Position numbers and translations under genes: made by a program. Below the pieces are notes generated by a model. That model did no database searches. It had not been told where the DNA came from and saw only the letters and a list, made by a program, of their open reading frames with translations. DNA of 52,574 bases, counting the filler, from an uncultured virus (IMG/VR IMGVR_UViG_2049941000_000887) (Duplodnaviria; Heunggongvirae; Uroviricota; Caudoviricetes). It is 7 parts of one record of this genome, joined end to end, with 100 filler letters (N's around TTAATTAATTAA, not from the genome) between each part and the next. Parts side by side here need not be neighbours in the genome. Positions count along the whole stretch, not along the records: positions 3,931 to 28,174 come from IMGVR_UViG_2049941000_000887; positions 28,275 to 42,815 come from IMGVR_UViG_2049941000_000887; 5 more parts are not named here. One strand, written 5' to 3'. Positions within the stretch are counted from its first letter, which is position 1. Every line of letters starts with the position of its first letter. Below are positions 27,455 through 36,535 of this stretch, piece after piece.

Positions 27455-27673
27455 ATGAAAAACTTAATCGCTGAGATGGCAAGGTACGGAGTAAGAATCG
27501 TCGATATTCAGTCTTTATTGAAATGCTCCGAGCGTACGGTCAGAAACAAGCTGAATAATGAGAGAGACTTTACGATTCCCGAAGCACTGAAAATAAGAAA
27601 CACATTCTTCCCTGGTATGTCAATTGAGTACCTGTTCGCCACTGAGCCTACGAGCGAGGACAAGCCGGCGTAG
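27455..27673 (+). CDS. Cro-like HTH protein, type 3
   Basis: MKNLIAEMAR...SERTVRNKLN...FT..EA..I...FFP...IEYLF; TTGCTTAATTC operator repeats at 27350-27440. Confidence 0.85.
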   Translation: MKNLIAEMARYGVRIVDIQSLLKCSERTVRNKLNNERDFTIPEALKIRNTFFPGMSIEYLFATEPTSEDKPA

Positions 27674-27704
27674 GATGCGCGGGGTGAGATTCAATGATAG
27701 GGGG

Positions 27705-28001
27705 GTGAGGAAAACGAACATAGAAAAAAGAAGGAAGGAGCTTCACTTGTCGCAGTCGGAGCTTTGTGCAAAGGTGGGTATCTGTCGCACAAGCTATCAC
27801 TTGTATGTTTTTAAGGGAAAGCCGATTCCGTCCGACAAGCTGATCAGGCTGGCTCAAGCTCTGGACTGCTCCACTGATTATCTGCTGGGTATAGCAAAAT
27901 ACACCCACATTACCGTCGCGGATAATATGGGTGTACCTGTTGCCGTCATCAGCAATAGCAAGATTGTCGAGCATAGCAATTATAAAGTGTTATTAGCCTA
28001 A
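27705..28001 (+). CDS. XRE-HTH protein
   Basis: NIEKRRKELHLSQSELC...GKPIPSD.L..LA..LDCSTDYLLG; resembles the type-2 Cro. Confidence 0.75.
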   Translation: MRKTNIEKRRKELHLSQSELCAKVGICRTSYHLYVFKGKPIPSDKLIRLAQALDCSTDYLLGIAKYTHITVADNMGVPVAVISNSKIVEHSNYKVLLA

Positions 28002-28174
28002 ATTGTTGCCCTTTTCCCCATCAGGATTGGAGCATGGGGTGGGTATTCCGTTGATGTTGCGTACATGGTAGTCGGGATAATTCCCTTTTTCGATAGACGT
28101 TACAAACTGCTGCGCATTCATGTTTCTGCCCGTAATGTTGTCGTGAAAGGTCATGAAAAGCTCTGTGTCTGACT
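27998..28174 (-). CDS. Small protein fragment (DUF3892-like end NPDG..GNNL)
   Basis: Hand translation ..FHDNITGRNMNAQQFVTSIEKGNYPDYHVRNINGIPTPCSNPDGEKGNNLG*. Confidence 0.5.
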
Positions 28175-28512
28175 NNNNNNNNNNNNNNNNNNNNNNNNNN
28201 NNNNNNNNNNNNNNNNNNTTAATTAATTAANNNNNNNNNNNNNNNNNNNNNNNNNNNNNNNNNNNNNNNNNNNNTCAGTTCGCGGTGGCGTTACGCGTGG
28301 AAAATGACCCGCGTACAGTGGGAACACCGCGACAGGTACAGCCGAAAATGCAACCTCGACTGCTTTAACTGTAAGGCAAAACACTGCTGACGTGTTTTAA
28401 ACGCTTCATGACGTGTTTTAAAAAATAAAGCGCGTTTTTTAAGTGATTTCAATTATTTTTTATTGGTTTCAATTATTGGATTGTAATTTAAAAAACAGTT
28501 TTTTTTAAATCA

Positions 28513-28646
28513 TGCCCTGGGTAAGGCGTTAAACTTCCTACCAATCTGCTCCGTTCCGCACGGAGCTTTAATTGTATGCGGGCGTGCCGGTGACGGAGTG
28601 AACCGTCGGTTAAACCAAATCAATTGCGGCACGGAAAGGACAGCTT
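28513..28646 (+). promoter_or_regulatory. Structured 5' leader of the scaffold gene (second copy 31749-31882)
   Basis: Conserved in both copies; two H-type pseudoknot candidates and a stem next to the RBS. Confidence 0.6.
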
Positions 28647-29059
28647 ATGGATTTTATCAAAGGCCTGGAAGAAATGTTCAACGGACAGGCGCTCACCTTC
28701 GAGCAGTTCTCCGAAAAGGCAGCGGCAAGCGGCATGAAGCTCGCCAATCTCGCGGACGGCGGTTATGTGGGCAAGGAAAAATACGCGGCGCTGGAAACGC
28801 GGTTGAATGCCGCCTCCCAGCAGCTCACGGCAGCCAATCAGAAGCTTGCCGGCTATGATCCCGAATGGCAGGCTAAAGCGGAGAAGGCAAAGCAGGAAGC
28901 CGACAGCCGTGTGCAGCAGATCGAATTTGACTACGCTCTCGGCGCGGCGCTGACCGCAGCCAGAGCGCGAAACGCGACGGCGGTCAAGGCGCTGCTCAAT
29001 ATGGACGGACTGAAGCTCTCGGACGGCAAGATCGTCGGTCTGAACGAGCAGCTTGACAC
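28647..29059 (+). CDS. Capsid scaffold (Phage_GP20-like), partial variant copy
   Basis: Near-identical to 31883..32437. Confidence 0.8.
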
Positions 29060-29069
29060 NNNNNNNNNN

Positions 29070-29822
29070 AGACGGCTTGTGCGGGTGGAACTGCCGGCAC
29101 AATTTCTTCCCGTTCTTCGAGGGAATCGACCTGCGCACCTACCGCGACGAGGATCTGAACAGGCTGAAAAACGACGGCTATTACGAAGCGGAGCAGCAGC
29201 AGCGGAAGCTGGAACGCGACGTCAGAGCGACCCGCCGCGAGCTGGCCGGATACGACGCCGCGATCACTGCGGCAACTGACGACCAGACACGCGCCGCTTT
29301 GCAGCAGGATTTTGACCGAGCTTCGGTGAAGCTGAAAAAGCAGGAAGGCAAGCTGAAAGACTGGATCAAGGAGAAGGAGCTTACTCCCGACCCGTCCCGC
29401 GTGCAGACGGGCGGCTTCGGCAGGAGCGTGTCACAAAAGGCCGTCTGGGCGAACAAAAAAGGGTTGAAAAATGCGGCTGACGGTGGTAGAATATATTCGG
29501 ATAGAGGAACAGGCAATTATCCTGTAACACGGCAAACTATTGAAAAAATGCCAATACCTAATGTGCCGGGGGACTCGTATTTCAGAGCACAGTATCACGC
29601 TGCTTGTCAAGATTTACTACGGGAAGTCATGGAGTCAAATACAGAGGCGGGCACTGAATTTTCTGGTGTGTTTAATATGGCAATGGAGCAAATCGGCGAG
29701 TATCGTCGCGGGTCTGTCGGACGGGTTGGTATTGATAATCCTGATGAGATGTACCATGCACTTCATAATCATGGAAGTGACAGCACTTTAAGCTACCCTG
29801 ATATCGCACGCTTTGTTAATCG
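29070..29822 (+). CDS. Minor capsid protein (Phage_min_cap2-like) C-terminal part with JAB/MPN-like extension
   Basis: GLCGWNCRHNFFPFFEG...QQRKLER..R..RR; extension with E...HNH...S..DI. Confidence 0.75.
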
Positions 29823-30218
29823 NNNNNNNNNNNNNNNNNNNNNNNNNNNNNNNNNNNNNNNNNNNNNNNNNNNNNNNNNNNNNNNNNNNNNNNNNNNNNN
29901 NNNNNNNNNNNNNNNNNNNNNNNNNNNNNNNNNNNNNNNNNNNNNNNNNNNNNNNNNNNNNNNNNNNNNNNNNNNNNNNNNNNNNNNNNNNNNNNNNNNN
30001 NNNNNNNNNNNNNNNNNNNNNNNNNNNNNNNNNNNNNNNNNNNNNNNNNNNNNNNNNNNNNNNNNNNNNNNNNNNNNNNNNNNNNNNNNNNNNNNNNNNN
30101 NNNNNNNNNNNNNNNNNNNNNNNNNNNNNNNNNNNNNNNNNNNNNNNNNNNNNNNNNNNNNNNNNNNNNNNNNNNNNNNNNNNNNNNNNNNNNNNNNNNN
30201 NNNNNNNNNNNNNNNNNT

Positions 30219-30671
30219 TCTGCACATGGCGATGATGAACGATTTTTAATTCATTTTGGAGCAGAAGCAATATCTGATTCACACGGCATTTTGCATTTGG
30301 GTGATATTCNNNNNNNNNNCTCTGCACATGGCGATGATGAACGATTTTTAATTCATTTTGAAGCAGAAGCAATATCTGATTCACACGGCATTTTGCATTT
30401 GGGTGATATTCCAAGTGCATCAGCGTTCTTTGAAGAAATAATCCACTTCGCTCAAATGCGTAAGTATGGTGATATGCAGACGGATGATATGATTGAACGT
30501 ACTGCCAGAGAAGTAGCTGCCAATCGTAAGCTACTGGCGCACGGAACAGAATACGGCTTTACGCAAGAGGATTTTGAAGATATAAGAAACAATCTTGCTT
30601 TTTGGGAAAAAGATTTCATACGAAAGGTAGGTGTCAGCTATGATGAAAGTGACTTCGATAGAGGAATATAA
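30219..30671 (+). CDS. Low-GC C-terminal domain with EEIIH (zincin-like) motif; probable alternative minor capsid extension
   Basis: PSASAFFEEIIHFAQ...REVAANRKL; two variant copies around the gap at 30310. Confidence 0.5.
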   Translation, partial: SAHGDDERFLIHFGAEAISDSHGILHLGDIXXXXSAHGDDERFLIHFEAEAISDSHGILHLGDIPSASAFFEEIIHFAQMRKYGDMQTDDMIERTAREVAANRKLLAHGTEYGFTQEDFEDIRNNLAFWEKDFIRKVGVSYDESDFDRGI

Positions 30672-30825
30672 CACCAGCTTTGGTCATGTTTTTTTGATTG
30701 ATAAAACTACAGAAACAATTGAAGTTGGTCAGAAAATTTCTATTAACGGTTCCGTTTATGAGGTGAAAAAGATTCAGCTGCAAACAAGACCTACCCAAAA
30801 AGAAATCATTGCTATTTTCGTATAA
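30640..30825 (+). CDS. Small protein overlapping the upstream domain (candidate immunity protein)
   Basis: AAGGTAGGTG RBS, 61 aa, low GC, followed by a terminator. Confidence 0.55.
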   Translation: MMKVTSIEEYNTSFGHVFLIDKTTETIEVGQKISINGSVYEVKKIQLQTRPTQKEIIAIFV

Positions 30826-30840
30826 CACAACCGAATAGCG

Positions 30841-30874
30841 AAGCCTGCCCGGCATCGGGTGGGCTTTTATTTTT
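30841..30874 (+). terminator. Intrinsic terminator
   Basis: AAGCCTGCCCG-gcat-CGGGTGGGCTTTTATTTTT. Confidence 0.75.
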
Positions 30875-31127
30875 GCACGACGGGAGGTGGATGTATATTA
30901 CGATGCTTATTACTAAAGCGATTCAAAAAATCAGCTATTGGGCTTCACGAAAAAGAAAAGTGAAAGTAGTCCAAAAAATGATCGGCGGCAATAATTGCTA
31001 TCAATGCCAGATAGGAATTGTCTCTGATAAGCTCCACAAATGACCTTGTTGGATTTTGTTAGGGGAAGCGGGACGTCCGGGGGCCGTCCCCTACAGATGG
31101 TTGATTATGCAAGTTACNNNNNNNNNN

Positions 31128-31367
31128 TGCCTCATCCATCGGATTAACAACTTTATTGTTTTCTGTTAGCTTTGTCAATCCTCTTGTCTTTATTATACCA
31201 CCGTCAGCCGTATTTTGCAAGGCTTTTTTGTTCGCCCAGACAGCCTTTTGTGACACGCTTCTGTCGAAGCCGCCCGCCTGCACGCGTGACGGGTCGGGAG
31301 TAAGCTCCTTCTCCTTAATCCAGTCTTTCAGCTTGCCTTCCTGCTTTTTCAGCTTCACTGAAGCGCG
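31128..31367 (-). CDS. Minor capsid variant fragment (gap-bounded, placed inverted)
   Basis: Near-identical to 29317-29460, then a different extension GGIIKTRGLTKL... Confidence 0.75.
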
Positions 31368-31467
31368 NNNNNNNNNNTGGAGCTTGGCAGAATGCAAAAC
31401 GAAAGTTAAAATCTGACAAGCTCTGCCGCAAAAGTCTTGCGGAAAATGCTTTGAAAGGAGGGATAGG

Positions 31468-31716
31468 ATGGTTATCTGGAGGATGATTAGATGGTTTTTC
31501 TATTACCTGCTGCGGGATTACGATGACGTAATGGCTTTTATGGAATGGAAACCAAAGCTGAAAGAGCAGGCTGTCAGAAGCGGCGAGTATGCCGACTGGT
31601 ACAGCTCGCGGTGGCGTTTCGCATGGAAAATGATTTGCGTAGAGTGGAAGCACCGCGACAGGCTCAGAAATGTACGCTTCGGCGGCGATTGTGCAAACTG
31701 TAAAGCAAAACGCTGA
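31468..31716 (+). CDS. Phage hypothetical protein before the scaffold
   Basis: AAGGAGG RBS; homologous 3' end at 28275-28389. Confidence 0.55.
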   Translation: MVIWRMIRWFFYYLLRDYDDVMAFMEWKPKLKEQAVRSGEYADWYSSRWRFAWKMICVEWKHRDRLRNVRFGGDCANCKAKR

Positions 31717-31882
31717 TGACGTTTTTGAAACGCTTCACTGTGTGTTTCTGCCCCGGATAAGGCATTAAACTTTCCACCAATCTGCTCCGTTCCGCACGGA
31801 GCTTTAATTATATGCGGACGTGCCGGTGACGGAGTGAACCGTCGGTTAAACCAAATCAATTGCGGCACGGAAAGGACAGCTT

Positions 31883-32437
31883 ATGGATTTTCTTAAAGGC
31901 ATCTTTAACGGACAGGCGCTCACCTTCGAGCAGTTTTCCGAAAAGGCGGCGGCAAGCGGTATGAAACTCGCCAATCTCGCGGACGGCGGCTATGTGGGCA
32001 AGGACAAATATGCGGCGCTGGAAACACGGTTCAATGCGGCTTCTCAGCAGCTCACCGAAGCCAACCAGAAACTCGCGGGCTATGACCCTGAATGGCAGAC
32101 AAAAGCGGAGAAGGCAAAGCAGGAAGCCGACAGCCGTGTGCAGCAGCTTGAATTTGACTACGCTCTCGGTGCGGCACTGACCGCAGCCAAGGCGAGGAAC
32201 GCGACGGCAGTCAGGGCACTGCTCAATATGGACGGCCTGAAGCTCTCGGACGGCAAGATCGTCGGTCTGAACGAGCAGCTTGACACACTCCGCAAGGAGA
32301 ATGACTATCTCTTTGAGAGTGAGCAGCAGACGCCGAGATTTTCCGCGGCTGCCCCCGGTATTCAGGGCGGTGCGTCTGACAAGAAGACGCAGCTCAACGA
32401 CGCGCTGAGAAGCGCACTCGGTAAACAGGAACAGTAA
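31883..32437 (+). CDS. Capsid scaffold protein (Phage_GP20-like)
   Basis: FDYAL..AL..AKARN..AV.ALL..D.LKL.DG...GL.EQL..L.....YLF; directly upstream of the MCP. Confidence 0.85.
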   Translation: MDFLKGIFNGQALTFEQFSEKAAASGMKLANLADGGYVGKDKYAALETRFNAASQQLTEANQKLAGYDPEWQTKAEKAKQEADSRVQQLEFDYALGAALTAAKARNATAVRALLNMDGLKLSDGKIVGLNEQLDTLRKENDYLFESEQQTPRFSAAAPGIQGGASDKKTQLNDALRSALGKQEQ

Positions 32438-32460
32438 CAAACAGAAAGGACGATTCATTT

Positions 32461-33152
32461 ATGGCTTTCATCAACAGATCGGCCGCAGAAGCGGTCATTC
32501 AGGAACAGATTATTCCCGACATTCAGCAGGAAGTCCCGAAGCAGTCGGTTTTCATGAGCCTTGCAAGGCGGCTTCCCAACATGAGCTCCAACACAACCCG
32601 TATGCGCGTGCTGGATATGCTGCCCACCGCCTATTGGGTGAACGGCGACACCGGCATGAAGCAGACTTCCCAGATGGCGTGGGACAATGTATTTCTTACC
32701 GCCGCCGAGCTGGCGGTCATTGTGCCGATTCCCGACAGCGTGAGAGACGACGCGAGCGTTGACCTTTACGGCGAAATCAAGCCCCGTGTAATCGAAGCAA
32801 TCAGTCAGTGTGTGGATGCAGCGACTTTCTTCGGTGTGAACCGCCCCGCAGAGTGGCAGAACGACATCGTTACCCTTGCGAGACAGGCGGGCAACAACAT
32901 TCCCGCGACCGTATCGGGCAAGGATTATTTTGACCTCATCATGGGCGAGGACGGTCTGATTGCCAAAGTGGAGCAGTTCGGCTATATGCCCAACGGCGCG
33001 ATCGCGTCTATGGCGATGCGCTCCAAGCTGCGCGGACTGCGTGACACCACCGGCCAGCCGATTTTCAAGAGCGATATGCAGGGCGCGACCCGTTATTCCC
33101 TGGACGGCGAGCCTATGTATTTCCCTGACAACGGCTCGTTCCGCTCGGACAT
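32461..33152 (+). CDS. Major capsid protein, N-terminal part
   Basis: LPTAYWVNGDTGMKQTS..AWDN..LTA.ELAVIVPIP...LRD..GQPIF. Confidence 0.85.
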
Positions 33153-33162
33153 NNNNNNNNNN

Positions 33163-33813
33163 AGAGAATATTCTCAAAGCAGTGTCCTGCGTTTCTGCTT
33201 CAATGGGTAGAAGAATACAATTATACATAATTCTTGCCGGAAGGTATGCGCAATAGGCCGGATATTTTCCAATGAATTCATCGATCTTGGACTGAAAGAT
33301 ACGGAAGACCTCAGCGTATCTGCTTTTAAATTCCTTCTTAACTTCACCGTGACGCAGAATATAAAGAAATTCATCCTTATCGTCATCTGTTGAAACCTGA
33401 GAATCTATTTTCAATTCATCCTCAATCAAATTATCAAATTCATCGCTCTTCCAAATGCATTTTGCTATAGAATTGCGAATGCTAATAGAATTCTTGTCCT
33501 GCATATTTAAAAATTTAGCATAGAACGCACGTAACAGCAGCATAAGCGTAGTCAGCCTCTGCTGTCCGTCAATGATTTCCTGTTTACCATTATTCTTATA
33601 TGTAACAATTGGTCCAAGGAAATATTCATCATCTTTCTTAAATTTATCACAATCATCGTCAGGAAAAGCAAAGGCGAACACATCATCCCACAATGTCTGA
33701 CACTCTGCTTCGCCCCAGGCGTATGGCCTTTGGTAATCTGGAATCAAAAAATCCGACTTTTTATCAGAAAATAACTGATAGACCGTTTGCTGGTCAATAT
33801 TTAACTTTGACAT
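33163..33813 (-). CDS. DUF262 (GmrSD/SspE-like) protein, N-terminal fragment, gap-bounded
   Basis: IPDYQRPYAW, YFLGPIV, IIDGQQRLTT, ALRIF; low GC. Confidence 0.85.
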
Positions 33814-33829
33814 ATCAGCNNNNNNNNNN

Positions 33830-34073
33830 GACCCGCGCCTGCACCTTCGTGGTAAAGGATAACGCATCCACTCCCGCAGCGATTGCCGACGCGATTGTGA
33901 ACGTCAACGGTTCCCGTATCAAGACCAATTCCAGCGGCAACGCCGTCTTCAATCTGAGAGCCGGCACCTATCCCTACACTGTCAAGAAGTCCGGCTACAA
34001 GTCGGTATCCGGCACGCTCACCGTGGCAAGCTCTGCCGTGACCACCAATGTGACACTGATCGCGGAATCGTAA
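33830..34073 (+). CDS. Beta-sandwich (carboxypeptidase-regulatory/Ig-like) domain, probably the capsid C-terminus or a decoration protein
   Basis: FVVKD...IADA.V.VNG...TNSSG.A.F.L.AGTY.YTV.KSGY. Confidence 0.6.
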
Positions 34074-34095
34074 TGGACGCGGGGAGGCGGACGGC

Positions 34096-34473
34096 ATGAA
34101 CCAATACGCGACGTATCAATTCTATACCGGCACCTTCCACGGCAGTCTGATCGGGGCGGACGAATTTGACGGGTACATCGTCAAGGCGTCCGCTTTTCTC
34201 GACGGCATTACCTTCGGCAGAATTGCCCAAGTGACAGAGGACATCAGCGCTGCCGCCTGCGCTGTCGCGGAGCAGATGCAGACGATTCAGTCAGCTTACT
34301 CCGACAGCTCCGGCGGTTCGGTCGCTGCCGAAAAAACCGGAGACGAGAGCGTCAATTACAATGCCGCTGCTGTTGTGTCTCCCACTTCGTCCGCCGCGAA
34401 ACGCTCGTATTATGCGGCGGCGGAAATGTATATCAAAGACAAGCGGATGCTGGAAAGGTGGTGCGGGGCATGA
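34096..34473 (+). CDS. Head-tail connector/adaptor
   Basis: YA.Y.FY...F.G...EF.....AS..LD.ITF.RI...A.CAVAE...E..G..SV.Y; position after the MCP. Confidence 0.7.
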   Translation: MNQYATYQFYTGTFHGSLIGADEFDGYIVKASAFLDGITFGRIAQVTEDISAAACAVAEQMQTIQSAYSDSSGGSVAAEKTGDESVNYNAAAVVSPTSSAAKRSYYAAAEMYIKDKRMLERWCGA

Positions 34474-34817
34474 TCGGACTGCAAAGCCTGACGCTGATTC
34501 ACAAGACCGACAACGGTTTTACCACTGCCCTTCTGAAAGGCAACTGGCAGGGCGTAAGCGCAATGAAGGCGGCGGCGCTTGGCAACGTGCCGGACAATTC
34601 CGTGGTGGTACGGATTCCGTTGAACCTGCTCGGCTCTGTCACGGTAAAAAAGAACGATCTGATTGTCAAGGGCATTGTCGGAATCACTCCATCCATGACG
34701 ACGGACAAGCAGATTTTCGCCGCGCACGGCTCTGACGGTATTATCCGTGTGCGCTCCGTGCGCGTCTGCGACGGGCTTTCCAATCGAGTAAATCATCTGG
34801 AGGTGGTCGGCTCGTGA
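34470..34817 (+). CDS. Head closure/neck protein
   Basis: Synteny; DLIVKG...HLEV.G. Confidence 0.55.
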   Translation: MIGLQSLTLIHKTDNGFTTALLKGNWQGVSAMKAAALGNVPDNSVVVRIPLNLLGSVTVKKNDLIVKGIVGITPSMTTDKQIFAAHGSDGIIRVRSVRVCDGLSNRVNHLEVVGS

Positions 34818-35188
34818 AAATCAATACACGATTCATCTATAACAAATCCGTAGGGCAGATGGTCGCGCACCGGAACCTGCAGGGCGGCGGCAAGGTGCAG
34901 AAATACATTGACAGCACCGTGCTGCGGAAGTCAGACCCTTATGTGCCGTTCCTGTCGGGGATGCTCAAATTATCCGGCATCAGCGGCACGGTCGTCGGCA
35001 GCGGCCTGGTGGTTTACAACGCGCCGTATGCCGGACGGCAGTATTACGCCAACGGCGGGAAAGGCAAGCAGGGCACGTCCCGCGGGGGACTTCGCGGACG
35101 GTACTGGTTTGAGCGCATGAAAGCCGACCACTTTGACGAAATTCTGCAGGGCGCGGCAAAAATCGCGGGAGGGACTGCAAGCAGATGA
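34814..35188 (+). CDS. Minor capsid 2-like neck protein
   Basis: DPYVP..SG.L..S...YNAPYA..QYY...RG.YWFERMK. Confidence 0.75.
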   Translation: MKINTRFIYNKSVGQMVAHRNLQGGGKVQKYIDSTVLRKSDPYVPFLSGMLKLSGISGTVVGSGLVVYNAPYAGRQYYANGGKGKQGTSRGGLRGRYWFERMKADHFDEILQGAAKIAGGTASR

Positions 35189-35622
35189 CAATCATTGAAT
35201 CCTTAAAAGAATACTTTGAAGCCTACGCGCCCGACATCAATGTGCTGGGCGTTGATTTTTTGGGCGACTGTATCGGGAGCATGGTCATCGAAGCGGTGCC
35301 GTGCGATCCGGTTCTCTCCGCTTATCTCGACGGCAGCACGGAACGGCAGTTCCTCTTTGTGATCGGCGGCAGGGAATTCTACAGCGAGGAAGTCTGGCAG
35401 GGCATCGAGAACGCGGGCGTCTACGAGCAGCTCCAGAACTGGCTGATGCGACAGACGCGCGGCGGCGTGCTTCCCGCTCTGGACGGCGGCAGAGAAGCGA
35501 CTTCCCTTTCCGTCACCAGCTCGGCATACATTCTGGAATCCGACGAACCCGGCAGCAATGCGCGGTATCAGATTCAGTGCCGGCTTACGTATTTTCAGTC
35601 TTTCAATAACGAACAGGAGTGA
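35185..35622 (+). CDS. Tail terminator/completion protein
   Basis: YLDGS..RQF.F...ARYQIQCRL.Y; located before the major tail gene. Confidence 0.65.
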   Translation: MTIIESLKEYFEAYAPDINVLGVDFLGDCIGSMVIEAVPCDPVLSAYLDGSTERQFLFVIGGREFYSEEVWQGIENAGVYEQLQNWLMRQTRGGVLPALDGGREATSLSVTSSAYILESDEPGSNARYQIQCRLTYFQSFNNEQE

Positions 35623-35630
35623 TTATTTCT

Positions 35631-36143
35631 ATGGCAAAAGCAATCATGCGTCACCAGATCGCGGACTATCTGGAATGCGGCAGCGGCAACGACGCCGCCT
35701 ACGCGCTGTGCGGCGTCGGCTACAGGTCACTGAACGAAGAGCTGAACCCGCAGGTGGAATCCACCATCTATGTGTGCGACAAGAGCGCGTCCAGCTCGGT
35801 CGACAGCTATCAGGCGAAATTCCCCTTTGAAGCGGATTATTTCAAGGATCAGACCGCCGTCAAGGAGGTCTGGGACATCGGGCACGACCACAAGGTCGGC
35901 GAGGACGCGGAAAGAAATTATGTGCGCGTCGATCTCTACGATCCTGTATCCGGCTCCGAAAACACCTATCAGGCCAGAAAATTCAAAGTCGCGGTGGAGG
36001 TGTCCTCCCTCAGCGGCGAAGCCGGCAAGAAGATGAGCGTCAGCGGCAATTTCAATGCCGTCGGGGATTTTGTACCGGGGACCTTCAACACGCAGACCAA
36101 GGCATTCACGGCGGCAACTGCTTCAACCACCACAACGCCGTAA
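35631..36143 (+). CDS. Major tail tube protein
   Basis: ADYL...G.G...LNEELNP.....YV.D......SY...F.FE...G.F......F. Confidence 0.75.
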   Translation: MAKAIMRHQIADYLECGSGNDAAYALCGVGYRSLNEELNPQVESTIYVCDKSASSSVDSYQAKFPFEADYFKDQTAVKEVWDIGHDHKVGEDAERNYVRVDLYDPVSGSENTYQARKFKVAVEVSSLSGEAGKKMSVSGNFNAVGDFVPGTFNTQTKAFTAATASTTTTP

Positions 36144-36160
36144 ACGAAGGATGACGCAAT

Positions 36161-36535
36161 ATGAAAATATTTGATGTGGAATTTGACATTGACTTCATGG
36201 ACCTTGAGACGGCGGAAGCCTACGACGAGGCGCTTGCCGCTTACCAGGAGAAGGCAGCCAGGCTTCCCAAGGCGCAGAACGGCAGATACGCCCCCGTTAT
36301 CCGCGCCGGCTGCAACCTGATCTTTGACTTTCTCGACACGGTGCTGGGCGAGGGCGCTTCCGGTGAAATCTTCCGGGGCAGATGCAACCTTGACAAGGCG
36401 CTTGACGCATTCGGTGCGGTGACAGACGAATTCGAGCGCCAGACCGGACAGATCGCCGCCAAGGTCAAAGCGAGGAAACCACAGCCCCAGAACAGACAGC
36501 AGCGCCGCTTTGAGCCTAAGCATCCGAAGGAATGA
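36161..36535 (+). CDS. Tail assembly chaperone
   Basis: FLD.VLGEG....IF...NRQQRR; located between MTP and Gp15. Confidence 0.7.
   Translation: MKIFDVEFDIDFMDLETAEAYDEALAAYQEKAARLPKAQNGRYAPVIRAGCNLIFDFLDTVLGEGASGEIFRGRCNLDKALDAFGAVTDEFERQTGQIAAKVKARKPQPQNRQQRRFEPKHPKE

Noticed and set aside
31128..31367. Inverted minor capsid fragment as a shufflon or invertible cassette
   Set aside because: Gap-bounded; no inversion sites or dedicated invertase visible; orientation unreliable.
32461..34073. DUF262 as an intron-like or moron insertion inside the major capsid gene
   Set aside because: Bounded by 10-N gaps on both sides; the placement is a scaffolding artefact until shown otherwise.
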